Sequence record: LC727697.1
Strand: one strand, 5' to 3'
DNA: 64,000 nt
In this document: positions 1 through 9,756 of the stretch, in pieces
How positions within the stretch are numbered: position 1 is the first letter of the stretch
How the letters are laid out: each line of letters opens with the position of its first letter
The notes under the pieces: model-generated
Databases searched by the model: none
Told to the model about the DNA's origin: nothing
What the model saw: only the letters and a program-made list of their open reading frames with translations
Made by a program: the position numbers and the translations under genes

Positions 1-106
1 TTCTTAAGTCTTAATGTATAATAACACACATAAATAACAATGTAAAGATTAGATCTTTATACATATTATCACACTAAAAATAAGATTTTAACCAGGAGTC
101 ATACTT

Positions 107-880
107 TTGAAACAACGTGATAAGCGCAAAGCTCGAGCAAGCGAAGGTCCTAACAGTACCTTTCATCTAGTAACTAACAATGTTGTTCAACCGTCTACTA
201 ATACTAAACAAGTAAGATCTATACAAAGAAAACAAGAAGTTAAGCTAATACCAAAAAGCTTAGCACAAGAAGAATATGTAAACGCATTAGAAGACGATAC
301 ACAGCACATTGTATTTGCAACAGGTCCAGCAGGATCTGGAAAAACATTACTAGCATCTATGTATGCAATTAAAGCATATAAAGAAGGTAAATGCGATAAG
401 ATTGTAATTACTAGGCCAGCAGTATCAGTAGACGAAGAACACGGTTTTTTGCCAGGCACGCTAATAGATAAAATGGCTCCTTGGGTAATACCAATAATGG
501 ATGTGTTTAAAGAATATTATTCCCCTGTCGAAATAGAACAAATGCTTATGGAAGAAATTATAGAAATTGCTCCCCTTGCATATATGAGAGGCAGAACATT
601 TAAAAATTGTGTTATATTAGCAGACGAAATACAGAATACAACGCCTAACATGTCTAAAATGCTTTTTTCAAGAATAGGTGAGAATTGTAAAATGATAGTC
701 ACTGGCGATATAGAGCAACACGATCGGGGCTTCGAAATAAATGGACTAAAAGATTTCTTAGAAAGACTCGATAAAGCAGGCGGCAATAAACACATAAGTG
801 TCATTAAATTTACTTCAAAGGATATTAAACGTCATCCACTGATTGAAGATATTTTAGAAATGTATAAGGACATTAATTAA
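107..880 (+). CDS. phoH: PhoH-family ATPase
   Basis: Walker A GPAGSGKT, RPAV, GFLPG, LAYMRGRT, DEIQN, GDIEQHD motifs; AGGAG at 94-98 before TTG. Confidence 0.95.
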   Translation: MKQRDKRKARASEGPNSTFHLVTNNVVQPSTNTKQVRSIQRKQEVKLIPKSLAQEEYVNALEDDTQHIVFATGPAGSGKTLLASMYAIKAYKEGKCDKIVITRPAVSVDEEHGFLPGTLIDKMAPWVIPIMDVFKEYYSPVEIEQMLMEEIIEIAPLAYMRGRTFKNCVILADEIQNTTPNMSKMLFSRIGENCKMIVTGDIEQHDRGFEINGLKDFLERLDKAGGNKHISVIKFTSKDIKRHPLIEDILEMYKDIN

Positions 881-908
881 ATAAAAGGGGCATATGCCCC
901 TTTTATTT
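879..908. terminator. Bidirectional terminator (30-bp perfect palindrome)
   Basis: AAATAAAAGGGGCAT|ATGCCCCTTTTATTT between convergent genes. Confidence 0.85.
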
Positions 909-926
909 TGTCTAATTATTAAACCC

Positions 927-960
927 AAAATAAAACCCTAACTAGTTAGGGTTTTATTTT
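927..960. terminator. Second terminator (34-bp perfect palindrome)
   Basis: AAAATAAAACCCTAACT|AGTTAGGGTTTTATTTT just after the stop of the minus-strand HAD gene. Confidence 0.8.
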
Positions 961-962
961 TG

Positions 963-1559
963 TTAGTTTACAATATTTTCTATTTCGGTCCAAAGTTTGT
1001 CTATATCAATCCTTATAATATTTTTAGAAGTTTTTACATTTGTATTATGAGGATGAAGTGCAAGAACAGTTTTTATACCGAGTTTATGACCTAATTCTGC
1101 GTTACCCGGATGGTCTTCTATCCAGAGAATTGCATCTTTAGAATATTTCTTTAACAATTCTTCTTTACTTAGTCCAGGCTCTATGCAATGGACTTCATCA
1201 AACACTTCTTTGCCGAATACTTCAGAGATATTGTATTTTCTATTATCTAGTGCATGTTCTTTCCCACTTAAGCTACTAATAGCAACAAAACTAAATCCTT
1301 TATCTTTTAATTTATTAATAGCATCTACTGCGTTATCCATGGGAGACAGATATCGCATTGCACTAGAATTATTAAACTCTGTTATAAGTTCATTAATGGC
1401 ATCTTTATCTAATTTTAAGTCAGATGCCATATCATACGTAGATGCAACAATATTACTATCTTGCGGTATAAGGTTTTTAGATTTCAAAAAATTTAAAAAT
1501 TCGGGATACCATTTTAAAAGTACACCGTCAACATCTACTAGTATAAGATTATTGCTCAC
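963..1559 (-). CDS. HAD-superfamily 5'(3')-deoxyribonucleotidase-like protein
   Basis: N-terminal DVDGV motif I, ISS motif II, WIEDHPGN motif IV. Confidence 0.8.
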   Translation of the reverse strand: MSNNLILVDVDGVLLKWYPEFLNFLKSKNLIPQDSNIVASTYDMASDLKLDKDAINELITEFNNSSAMRYLSPMDNAVDAINKLKDKGFSFVAISSLSGKEHALDNRKYNISEVFGKEVFDEVHCIEPGLSKEELLKKYSKDAILWIEDHPGNAELGHKLGIKTVLALHPHNTNVKTSKNIIRIDIDKLWTEIENIVN

Positions 1560-1911
1560 TAGATTCTGTCTCGCTAATTTTGGATTCTGTAGTTTCTTCG
1601 CTAGCAGTATTTGATTCTTTTATTGCAAACGGATTCTCTTTACCTAAAAGGCTATAAAATTGCCCAAACTGAATGGGATATTTTTCAGCAACATATTTTG
1701 CAATTTCGTTATATGACGCATTGCCTTCTGTTCTATTTTTATATACAGTTTCTGCCTTTGCATCTAAAATAACAGACGATTGAAGCAACACAGAATTCGG
1801 CAACTTATTAAGAAATGAACACTCTTCTGTTACTTCCCATTGGTCTTTAGTGTATTTCTTTAGTGAATATCGATGAGTCAGTACAATGTATGCTCGTTTA
1901 GTTGAAACCAT
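1549..1911 (-). CDS. Hypothetical protein
   Basis: 120-aa ORF tightly packed in operon. Confidence 0.7.
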   Translation of the reverse strand: MVSTKRAYIVLTHRYSLKKYTKDQWEVTEECSFLNKLPNSVLLQSSVILDAKAETVYKNRTEGNASYNEIAKYVAEKYPIQFGQFYSLLGKENPFAIKESNTASEETTESKISETESSEQ

Positions 1912-1912
1912 A

Positions 1913-2842
1913 TTAAAGTCCTCGTCTGTTTCGTTCTAATTCTATAATTGTTGCTGATAAGTTTATTTCCGGATCAGCAACTAATGAGTGTTTAGATAAG
2001 CCATTTCTAATAATAAGAATTGCACTATCTTTTTGATCATCAGTGTCACCCCAAAGATCTAAATTATCATACATAAACCTATACATATCATCATACTCTT
2101 CTTGTCGTATTTGTTTACATATAAGTTGCCTTGCTTCGGAATATTTTCCATTTTTAAACAGAGCAATTGCACTAATCTTATAATCTTCTGTTGTTACACT
2201 AGATGCTTGCGGTATTTCTAATACACCACTAGTTGTATTCTGCTGAAGTACATTAATGCATTTTCTAAGATCAGGATACGTAGATTTTACGAAATCGTCT
2301 AACACTTCTAATTCAAAACTAATGCCTTCATTTAAAAGTATAGTCGCCATTCGTGTAGTAAATTCGACTTCATCTACTTTTTCTACGTGGAAACTCTGAC
2401 AACGACTATGTAATGCAGGGATAATTTTATTTTGATAATTACCTGTAAGAATAAATCTACAAGAATTTGAATATTGCTCTAATATTCCACGAAGTGTTGC
2501 TTGTGCATTTATACTTAAATGGTCACACTCGTCTAGTATAATATATTTAAAATCACCGAACGGTAATGTAGAAGCAAACCCACTAACTGTGTCCCTAATA
2601 AAATCTACACCGTTATCTCTAGATGCGTTAATGAACAGACAATCGGCATCCATTACTCCTAATTCATTTAACAGTAACCTAGCTAAAGTAGTTTTGCCTA
2701 CACCGGGTGTACCGGTAAGCAAAAGATTTCCGATACTTTTATTGTCTATCCAACTTTGTACTTGCTTCTTTTGTTGTTCACTAGTAAATACGTAATCTTC
2801 TACTTTTTTAGGACGATATTTTTCTGTCCATAATTCTTTCAT
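1913..2842 (-). CDS. gp44: Clamp loader AAA+ subunit (gp44/RFC small-like)
   Basis: LWTEKYRP, GTPGVGKTT, NAS, ILDECD, LHSRC motifs. Confidence 0.95.
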   Translation of the reverse strand: MKELWTEKYRPKKVEDYVFTSEQQKKQVQSWIDNKSIGNLLLTGTPGVGKTTLARLLLNELGVMDADCLFINASRDNGVDFIRDTVSGFASTLPFGDFKYIILDECDHLSINAQATLRGILEQYSNSCRFILTGNYQNKIIPALHSRCQSFHVEKVDEVEFTTRMATILLNEGISFELEVLDDFVKSTYPDLRKCINVLQQNTTSGVLEIPQASSVTTEDYKISAIALFKNGKYSEARQLICKQIRQEEYDDMYRFMYDNLDLWGDTDDQKDSAILIIRNGLSKHSLVADPEINLSATIIELERNRRGL

Positions 2843-2855
2843 TAGATATTATGCC

Positions 2856-3182
2856 TTAATTATAAACTCGTGTTTCTACTATTATATTGTCTTCTGGCTC
2901 TTCATCGGATATCAATAAAATAGAATCTATTTCAGCACAGTAATATACATTTTGCTCTGTAGTGTGTACTGGACGGGACCAGCGACCGTGCTTAATTAAC
3001 ACCCATTGGCCTACAACAAATGTATCTTTTTGATCTTCTCTTATATGGGATACTTGTGCCCACCGAGCGCGGATGCCGTGTGACTTACCGTTATCATCTG
3101 TAAAAATAATACCGCCTACAGTGCGTTCGCCTTTTTTAAAATTAGTTACAATAATGTTGTTATGAAGTGGTATTATATTCAT
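2856..3182 (-). CDS. groES: GroES/Cpn10 co-chaperonin
   Basis: IIPLHNNIIV start, GGIIF mobile loop, VGQWVL. Confidence 0.8.
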   Translation of the reverse strand: MNIIPLHNNIIVTNFKKGERTVGGIIFTDDNGKSHGIRARWAQVSHIREDQKDTFVVGQWVLIKHGRWSRPVHTTEQNVYYCAEIDSILLISDEEPEDNIIVETRVYN

Positions 3183-3183
3183 T

Positions 3184-3525
3184 TTAAATATCTTTATTAC
3201 TATCTTCTGTTATAGTAATGTTCCCTTCGTCATCTATAATTTCTTTCTTACGTTTTTCTTTTGTAACTTTTTTAGATTGTACTACTTCTTCGTGCTCATC
3301 TTCTTCATCTAGATTGGGTTTGATAGAAGCTGTTGCAGTTTCTGTTTGATGTTCAGAATGGTATCTGTGAACTCGCTCGGCAGCAGTTTCTATAATTTCG
3401 CCGCCTGGACCCAACTTGTCGCCTTTTGCGTTAACATTCATGTTTCCTACTGCAACTACATTTTCATTTTGAATACGGAGTGAATCCATATCTACTAATA
3501 CGCCATTGTTAGATTTTTTTTGCAT
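3184..3525 (-). CDS. Hypothetical protein (AVGNMNVNAKGD motif)
   Basis: 113-aa ORF with AGGAG RBS, in operon. Confidence 0.75.
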   Translation of the reverse strand: MQKKSNNGVLVDMDSLRIQNENVVAVGNMNVNAKGDKLGPGGEIIETAAERVHRYHSEHQTETATASIKPNLDEEDEHEEVVQSKKVTKEKRKKEIIDDEGNITITEDSNKDI

Positions 3526-3537
3526 AATTAACTCCTT

Positions 3538-4047
3538 TTATTTTAGAAATTCTTTTATATCTAAATTATATTTTAGTGAATCTACTTTATGCACGCCTAT
3601 TAAAAATAATACATAAGACGCAACACTAGACCCGCGACCCACACCCCAGATAAGGCAATTTTCCCTCATATATGATACAAAATATATCATAAATCTTAGC
3701 ATATTGTATAAACCGCGTTCTTGAAAGAGTTTCAGTTCCATTAATACTCTTTCTTTTTGTGCATCAGTGTCACATAAATTTAATATAAAAGAATCTATAT
3801 CTATATTTTTAAATTCCGGTGGCATAAACCATTCTGAAGACATTTTTTCATGAAATTCATCAACAGAACAAGTTAAGTGTTTCGTCGTATTAAGTTTATG
3901 CAACCCTAACACTTGTTCTACGTGCATATTATACTTGTTTATGTCTTCGTTGTCAACAAAGAGTGGATCTCCCAGCTGGTTCCCTTGCAAAAGGATATTT
4001 ATGCCTGTTGTTATAGTTATTTCTTTTCTATTATATTTGTCGTTCAT
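3538..4047 (-). CDS. dnaE: DNA polymerase III alpha-like protein, N-terminal half (GRGS region)
   Basis: RVxxELxxF, WGVGRGSSVASYVLFLIGVHKVDSLKYNL matches the DnaE GRGS segment; ends immediately before the DxD motif. Confidence 0.85.
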   Translation of the reverse strand: MNDKYNRKEITITTGINILLQGNQLGDPLFVDNEDINKYNMHVEQVLGLHKLNTTKHLTCSVDEFHEKMSSEWFMPPEFKNIDIDSFILNLCDTDAQKERVLMELKLFQERGLYNMLRFMIYFVSYMRENCLIWGVGRGSSVASYVLFLIGVHKVDSLKYNLDIKEFLK

Positions 4048-4738
4048 TTAAAACATCAACTATGTCTACAACATTGTCTTCAGTTTCTACATTTATACCT
4101 AATTCTTCTTTTATTGCAGCTTCGAACTTATCGTTAATATCATTTAACACATGTCTTGTACAAACAGACATTTGTACTTCTTCTAATGTACGATTTTCTA
4201 AATCAGGAACATAATCAAATGTATCTACATCAACCCTATCCCACCACGGCACGTCCCATATAGGTTTTTCATCTTCATTAGGAAACATATCGTCTATTGT
4301 AGGAAGATCATATATTTCATCTACATGTTTTCCGAATGTGTAACTAAAATTACTATCGTCTGATATAATAATGTCACCTATAGATAGCTTACCATCTGTT
4401 ATAGATGAAATCTTAGAATGAAAAACCATTGCTAGTGTTTTTAAATCTTTAGGAAAACTAGGAACACCTATTATGTTATTTTCTGCTATATCATACAACA
4501 TAGAAATTCTAGTATCGCTCATATCGACGATAATACTGCCTTCTACGTAATTAGAAATCCAGTAATCTATTATATTTTTTTGAACTTCAAAATCAATTAA
4601 ATCTTCACCGTTGCTTGCATCCTTTGCAGGAACGAATCCAATTATAATTTCCCATTCAGTTTCTTTCAATACAGAAGTAAGAACGTGTGTTTTAAATTTT
4701 CTTTTAAAAGAATAAAACCCTTGTACGTCAGCAAACAT
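4031..4738 (-). CDS. Hypothetical protein
   Basis: 235-aa ORF overlapping its neighbours' start/stop. Confidence 0.75.
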   Translation of the reverse strand: MFADVQGFYSFKRKFKTHVLTSVLKETEWEIIIGFVPAKDASNGEDLIDFEVQKNIIDYWISNYVEGSIIVDMSDTRISMLYDIAENNIIGVPSFPKDLKTLAMVFHSKISSITDGKLSIGDIIISDDSNFSYTFGKHVDEIYDLPTIDDMFPNEDEKPIWDVPWWDRVDVDTFDYVPDLENRTLEEVQMSVCTRHVLNDINDKFEAAIKEELGINVETEDNVVDIVDVLNERQI

Positions 4739-5035
4739 TTATTTGTTCCTTTTTGTTATACGGTCTAATGCAGTTGGGTCACCCGATACTTTACCTAAAT
4801 TAATAGGAGCGAGGGGATCTATACCTTTTGCCATATTTTCTTTTGTTAATTGCTCATTACGTGCCTTGGTCATCCTGTATTCGTATTCTTCTTCTAGTTG
4901 TGCCAGTGTTATTTCTACACTGTGTATTAAGGTATGATGGCCAGCCATATGTGCTTGATTTAAATATTCCCTTGCTTTCATCAATCTAGACTGTAATTCT
5001 TCATCTGTTAATTTAGACCAATCGCCGTTAATCAT
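4739..5035 (-). CDS. Hypothetical helical protein
   Basis: 98-aa ORF with AGGA RBS, first gene after a sigma70 promoter. Confidence 0.75.
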   Translation of the reverse strand: MINGDWSKLTDEELQSRLMKAREYLNQAHMAGHHTLIHSVEITLAQLEEEYEYRMTKARNEQLTKENMAKGIDPLAPINLGKVSGDPTALDRITKRNK

Positions 5036-5055
5036 ATAGAAATTCCTTTTCCTAT

Positions 5056-5085
5056 ATTATATGGCAAAAAAAGGGCACCTGTCAA
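5056..5085 (-). promoter_or_regulatory. sigma70-type promoter overlapping a terminator
   Basis: TTGACA(5085-5080)-N18-TATAAT(5061-5056). Confidence 0.8.
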
Positions 5086-5095
5086 GTGCCCTTTT
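5069..5095 (-). terminator. Intrinsic terminator
   Basis: AAAAGGGCAC/GTGCCCTTTT stem, 7-nt loop, T-run on minus strand. Confidence 0.8.
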
Positions 5096-5110
5096 ACAAC
5101 TATGCAGGTC

Positions 5111-5611
5111 TTAGCTGCGTCCGGAAAAGTGCTTGAGCCAGTCGTCCAACTCATCTTCACTAGCATCGGCAACTGTTTGCCGTTTTGAATCCGAACTACT
5201 AGTACCTACTAGGACTTGTTCTCCGGACTTATATGCTTCCGTCTCTGCTAGCTGTCGCTCTAGGTTCTCTCGGAGCACAGCAGCAGAAACAGCTCGGTAA
5301 GTAGACGGTTTGCCAGTTAGTTCTAACTCAACTAGGCCGAAGGTCATAATCCCTATCAAGCCACGGAGAAAAAATGCAGCGTTGAGCCACATAGTATTTC
5401 GCCAATGAATTAGATGATGCTTAGTAAAACGAATACTGCAAATTTTTTCCTTTAATTCGGCGAAAAAATATTTCAGTCGCAATACTCGCATTTTACGAGC
5501 AATAGCTTTTTTCTCTTTTTCCCCGATTACCTTGCGGTGCGCTAGTGGATCTGCATTTGCATCGGTAGCTTGGGTATTTACAGAAGTATTTTTTTGGTTC
5601 ACAGTTGCCAT
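5111..5611 (-). CDS. Hypothetical protein (GC-richer than flanks)
   Basis: 166-aa ORF with GGAG RBS, followed by terminator. Confidence 0.75.
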   Translation of the reverse strand: MATVNQKNTSVNTQATDANADPLAHRKVIGEKEKKAIARKMRVLRLKYFFAELKEKICSIRFTKHHLIHWRNTMWLNAAFFLRGLIGIMTFGLVELELTGKPSTYRAVSAAVLRENLERQLAETEAYKSGEQVLVGTSSSDSKRQTVADASEDELDDWLKHFSGRS

Positions 5612-5633
5612 TGCATGTCTCCAGCGGCGGTTA

Positions 5634-5936
5634 TTAAAGTATATGCGTAGTATAAAGCGTATAATGTACGTCGTCTAGTGGCAATTTATATGTACTAATA
5701 TAGGTAATATTTGTAAGTTCTATAATTCTGTTTAGTATGTCTGAGTATGTCGGTTTCGCATCGATCCCGATGGCTTCATAATCTTTAAACCAAGCCATTT
5801 TAGTAAATATTATAGAATCTTCTGTAGAATATAATTCTTGTATTGTTCGTTTTATTTTTGCCACAAGGAAAAATACATTTCCGTCTTCGCCGCCTATATC
5901 TACAGAATACTTTGATAGGTCCCAGTGTTTAGTCAT
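5634..5936 (-). CDS. Hypothetical protein
   Basis: 100-aa ORF in operon. Confidence 0.7.
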   Translation of the reverse strand: MTKHWDLSKYSVDIGGEDGNVFFLVAKIKRTIQELYSTEDSIIFTKMAWFKDYEAIGIDAKPTYSDILNRIIELTNITYISTYKLPLDDVHYTLYTTHIL

Positions 5937-6264
5937 TTGTCGTTATATGAAAAAGTAAACCAGTGCGCCATACATATACTCTAGTAAATTCAGATCCAAC
6001 ACTTAGTGTAAAATACACAGCATCGTCATGATTCTTAAAAGCAATATATTTGAAGTCATTGGCGTCTACAGCTACTCCAACAAATTCAGAAGTCCGCCGC
6101 ATATCTTTTATTATATTATCTATTTTTCTTCTATATGAATCTATTTCATCATTAGAGTAATCCTTACAAGCAGGCGACCATCTACTATAATAAACAGGTT
6201 TAGTGCTCATGTACATCAAGGGATTATCTTCGGATACTAAATAATCGGAATATAATTTTTTCAT
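5929..6264 (-). CDS. Small hypothetical protein, FxxxxDAxxFxL paralog family
   Basis: IAFKNHDDAVYFTL motif shared with neighbours. Confidence 0.7.
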   Translation of the reverse strand: MKKLYSDYLVSEDNPLMYMSTKPVYYSRWSPACKDYSNDEIDSYRRKIDNIIKDMRRTSEFVGVAVDANDFKYIAFKNHDDAVYFTLSVGSEFTRVYVWRTGLLFHITTND

Positions 6265-6518
6265 GTTCTTTCTGATATTCCATTAATAAATATATATGGA
6301 TATTTTATCCTAGCTATTATTTCAGATTCGGGTGAATTAAAATAAAATACTTCGTATCGTTCACCGTCTTTAAACGTGTCGTGCCACCCTATATCACTTC
6401 TAAATTCAGTAAATAGCCATTTTCTAATTTTTCTTGTATTATTATAATCAGATTTAATTGTAATTTTTAGCATCTTTCTTTTCAAAAAGTTGCCTAAGGT
6501 TTCAGTGACAAAATCCAC
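6261..6518 (-). CDS. Small hypothetical protein, possible member of the same paralog family
   Basis: IRKWLFTEF...VFYFNSPESEIIARIKY. Confidence 0.65.
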   Translation of the reverse strand: MDFVTETLGNFLKRKMLKITIKSDYNNTRKIRKWLFTEFRSDIGWHDTFKDGERYEVFYFNSPESEIIARIKYPYIFINGISERT

Positions 6519-6754
6519 GAATCTAGAAATTTTTTATAAATAATTTCATCACTAGCAGTAGCAAATGATGCATCTATATTTGATTGATCCCTTAAATTTA
6601 CTATATGAGTACGCCCATATTTTGTTAGAATTTCTATTCTAATTTTTCCAGATATAAAAGAAACTACATACTCTTCTGTGGATTTCTGGTACTTAACTTC
6701 AGCAATTGTGTTTAGTGGTATTATTGTTGAGTCTTCCGTGACTAATACTTTCAT
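6494..6754 (-). CDS. Hypothetical protein
   Basis: Start moved to ATG 6754 (MKVLV), AAGG upstream. Confidence 0.6.
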   Translation of the reverse strand: MKVLVTEDSTIIPLNTIAEVKYQKSTEEYVVSFISGKIRIEILTKYGRTHIVNLRDQSNIDASFATASDEIIYKKFLDSWILSLKP

Positions 6755-6768
6755 TCCCTTACCTTTTA

Positions 6769-7038
6769 TTATAAACAAAGTTTTATTAGAACAAGAATAT
6801 GTTCAGCATCCATGTCGGTATTGTACACACGAACCGGAAACGGCTTTTTAGTTCTAACAAACCGGGCAGAACGCTGCGAGAGAATCCGTTTAATAGAATA
6901 CCGCGGCGATCCTGCCGACCAATTTTTTCTGCCATGACCAAACTGACTGTTCATAAAAGAAACAAATTTATTAAACTGCTCAACGTCGTCGAAGTCGATT
7001 TCGAACTTAACATCCTTGGCGTTGCTGTTCGTAGACAT
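6769..7038 (-). CDS. Hypothetical protein
   Basis: 89-aa ORF. Confidence 0.65.
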   Translation of the reverse strand: MSTNSNAKDVKFEIDFDDVEQFNKFVSFMNSQFGHGRKNWSAGSPRYSIKRILSQRSARFVRTKKPFPVRVYNTDMDAEHILVLIKLCL

Positions 7039-7085
7039 TGCGTTGATACCCGGTAGTTATGTTGATTTGTACTTATAATATATTA

Positions 7086-7523
7086 TTACTGCGCATGTTG
7101 CAACATATATTTTGTCCAAGCCAAGATAATTGCGTGTTTCACTATAGCATAATTTTGAAAATAGAATTCCTCACCTAAACATTCTCTATAATTATCAGGT
7201 GACACATCAACCCCATACCATGCAGTTCCACCCTGTGTTTTGCAATTTATATAAAGCTGTGCTTGGTTATCTGAGATTATATCCACAATTCCTACGTCGC
7301 AATCGACCGTAACCTTTTCAGAAAGTTCTAATATATTGCATAACGGTACAATCCTTCCGCATACTGTTTTGACAAAACATATGTGTTCTGCTACATCAAA
7401 ATGAGTCATTAACGGATTATTATATAATTTAAATAGATCACTAGATACGTCTCTTTGACCACTTATATCTTTATAAATATTGTTATATATCGGATTCTTT
7501 CCGAACTTCGGATTCATAGACAT
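7086..7523 (-). CDS. Hypothetical protein
   Basis: 145-aa ORF with GGAGG RBS. Confidence 0.7.
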   Translation of the reverse strand: MSMNPKFGKNPIYNNIYKDISGQRDVSSDLFKLYNNPLMTHFDVAEHICFVKTVCGRIVPLCNILELSEKVTVDCDVGIVDIISDNQAQLYINCKTQGGTAWYGVDVSPDNYRECLGEEFYFQNYAIVKHAIILAWTKYMLQHAQ

Positions 7524-7890
7524 TAAATTTTCCTCCCGGATACCGTGCCTCTAGTTTTTCCACGTTCATGCCGATTATTTCATCTAGGGAAATATCGAGT
7601 GCAATACAAGCCGAAACAACATAGAACATTACGTCGCCTAATTCTCGTTTTAGATGATATACCACATCATCTGTATATTCTTTTCCTTGATATTTAAGTT
7701 TCTTAACAATTTCCCCAAATTCACCCGATTCTGCTAGCATACCCTGGCTTGCAGTATCTAATGTTTCTATCTTACAGCCATTTGCTTTGAGCTTTTTTAG
7801 TGCATCAATATATGCATCGAAATTAGAACTCGGTTCACTAAGTAGTTTCTGTACAAATTTAGTATAATTATTGTTTGTGCTCATTGTCAT
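7483..7890 (-). CDS. mazG: MazG-like NTP pyrophosphohydrolase
   Basis: GMLAESGEFGEIVKK...RELGDVMFY...NVEKLEARYP. Confidence 0.9.
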   Translation of the reverse strand: MTMSTNNNYTKFVQKLLSEPSSNFDAYIDALKKLKANGCKIETLDTASQGMLAESGEFGEIVKKLKYQGKEYTDDVVYHLKRELGDVMFYVVSACIALDISLDEIIGMNVEKLEARYPGGKFNVYESEVRKESDI

Positions 7891-8344
7891 CCCCTGACGT
7901 TAATACTGTTACGTTTGCTTGATTAAATAGCCATTTAGATACTTTTAATTCTTCTGTCCATCGGTCATTATATCCAGTGTCTTGTATTAATATAGATTCG
8001 TCTATTATAACATGTGTTATACCGGACTGAATAATAGCCCTTGCACAAGATGCACACGGATGATGAGTTGTATATAAAACACATCCTTTTAATGATACAG
8101 TGGCTTGATATATTGCATTTCGCTCTGCGTGCTCGCACGCTAATAACTTAAACTCTCTATTATTATAAAGAGATTCGTCGTCATCTACTCCCTTCGGAAA
8201 TCCATTAAACCCAAAACTAACAGGTTCTCCGATTTTAGTTACAATTAATGCACCCGTTTTAGTAGATGGATCTTTAGACCAAGACGCTATTAATTTAGTT
8301 AATTCTATTAACCTGGTTTTCCATTTTTTATCTAATATGTTCAT
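7868..8344 (-). CDS. dCMP deaminase
   Basis: SKDPST, HAERNA and PCASC zinc motifs. Confidence 0.92.
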   Translation of the reverse strand: MNILDKKWKTRLIELTKLIASWSKDPSTKTGALIVTKIGEPVSFGFNGFPKGVDDDESLYNNREFKLLACEHAERNAIYQATVSLKGCVLYTTHHPCASCARAIIQSGITHVIIDESILIQDTGYNDRWTEELKVSKWLFNQANVTVLTSGDDNEHKQ

Positions 8345-9378
8345 TATTTAAATTTAATATTCAAATATCCGTGTTCTGTTGTACTTGGCAATGGATTTCT
8401 AGAATTCCATTCTACAGATAATTTATGCGTGCCATCCGGTTTAAATATATAATAATTATAATTGCGTCTACCAAGTGTAAAATGTCCCATTACGTGGTAC
8501 ATTAATTTTATAGAATATGCATGTTCGTCTATATCACTAGATACATTTACATTTTCTATTTCTACTTTTTTGTTAAATGCACCAAAGATATTAAAAGGCA
8601 CAATACAATCGTATTTGTCTAGTTTAGTGTATTGATCTGATGCAATTTTATTAAAATTATCCCTATTTACATCTTTGTCACTAAACTCATCTAATACATT
8701 ACCTACAGTTGCAATCTTATTTGTAGATTCTATAAAATATGTTAATGTATTACTAATATTATCTATTTTTGCAAAGAGCAATTTTTTCTTTGCAGTAGAT
8801 AGTAATTCATATGAATGACTCTTAGTTTGATAATAATATTGTCCGCAAAGTTCTATAAAATTAAATGATCCTAGATATACGCACTCTACTTTAGATTTTA
8901 ATTTCACCCAAGATCCTATAGGAACTTCGGATAATTTAATTTTCGACTCTAATAGTTTAGTATTTTCTCTGGCAGATTTATATAGACTAGACGATTCTGG
9001 TATTAACACGTTTTCGCCAGAATCATATCCCCACACACATTTGTCTTGGATTAATCCTTCTGAGATGCTGCCACAACTTAGAATAGAAGTAATGTTGTTT
9101 GAACTTATCTCTATTGTAAATCCTCTAGGATCACATACAGTCCACAGACTAGTATTTCCTCGCCAAGTTGATGATTTAATTATAGTAAATCCCGGCAAGG
9201 GCTGGTTTGCGTATACAGTAGTGCTATTTTTATAATATCTATTTATAGACTCCATTTTCTGGTGTCTTGTTTTTTCGTAAGGACACATTCCACCTGCAGG
9301 AATTTGGTTAGTTTTTTGTGTTCCTGATGTATTGGGAATTCTAGTTCCTACAAAAATTTCTTCCGGTATTCTAATCAT
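8344..9378 (-). CDS. Hypothetical phage protein (DPRGFxxEI motif)
   Basis: 344-aa ORF with start/stop overlaps. Confidence 0.75.
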   Translation of the reverse strand: MIRIPEEIFVGTRIPNTSGTQKTNQIPAGGMCPYEKTRHQKMESINRYYKNSTTVYANQPLPGFTIIKSSTWRGNTSLWTVCDPRGFTIEISSNNITSILSCGSISEGLIQDKCVWGYDSGENVLIPESSSLYKSARENTKLLESKIKLSEVPIGSWVKLKSKVECVYLGSFNFIELCGQYYYQTKSHSYELLSTAKKKLLFAKIDNISNTLTYFIESTNKIATVGNVLDEFSDKDVNRDNFNKIASDQYTKLDKYDCIVPFNIFGAFNKKVEIENVNVSSDIDEHAYSIKLMYHVMGHFTLGRRNYNYYIFKPDGTHKLSVEWNSRNPLPSTTEHGYLNIKFK

Positions 9379-9632
9379 TTATGTATTAATCCAAATGTTA
9401 CTGCTTCTTCTTTATTTCTAAAAGTAAATATATATCTAGTAATTTTACCTGAATTATGTTCTACATCTAATTCCCATTTATATCTACAATTTTCATTACA
9501 CCAGAGTATAAGTTTGTGTAATGTTTCTGCAGTGTGGGGATTAGGATCTATGCGTATTGTTGATGAATTCTCGTGAGATTTGCCTAATACGCTCATTAGT
9601 TGTTGAACAAAGTATTTCAACATCTTTATCAT
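9375..9632 (-). CDS. Small protein, WCxEN...FxF...eAxxFxL paralog family
   Basis: LWCNENC...FTFRNKEEAVTFGL. Confidence 0.75.
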   Translation of the reverse strand: MIKMLKYFVQQLMSVLGKSHENSSTIRIDPNPHTAETLHKLILWCNENCRYKWELDVEHNSGKITRYIFTFRNKEEAVTFGLIHK

Positions 9633-9741
9633 AACAATACCTATTATCTTCTAATAGCTTACTGTAAGTTTCTTGGAAAATATACAAATCTTCTAAACTA
9701 GAAGAATTTATAATTTGCAATTTATCGTCTAGGCTCATCAT
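9541..9741 (-). CDS. Small hypothetical protein
   Basis: Strong AGGAG RBS before ATG; overlaps the 5' end of the next gene. Confidence 0.6.
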   Translation of the reverse strand: MMSLDDKLQIINSSSLEDLYIFQETYSKLLEDNRYCYDKDVEILCSTTNERIRQISREFINNTHRS

Positions 9742-9756
9742 TGTTATTAGCTCCTA

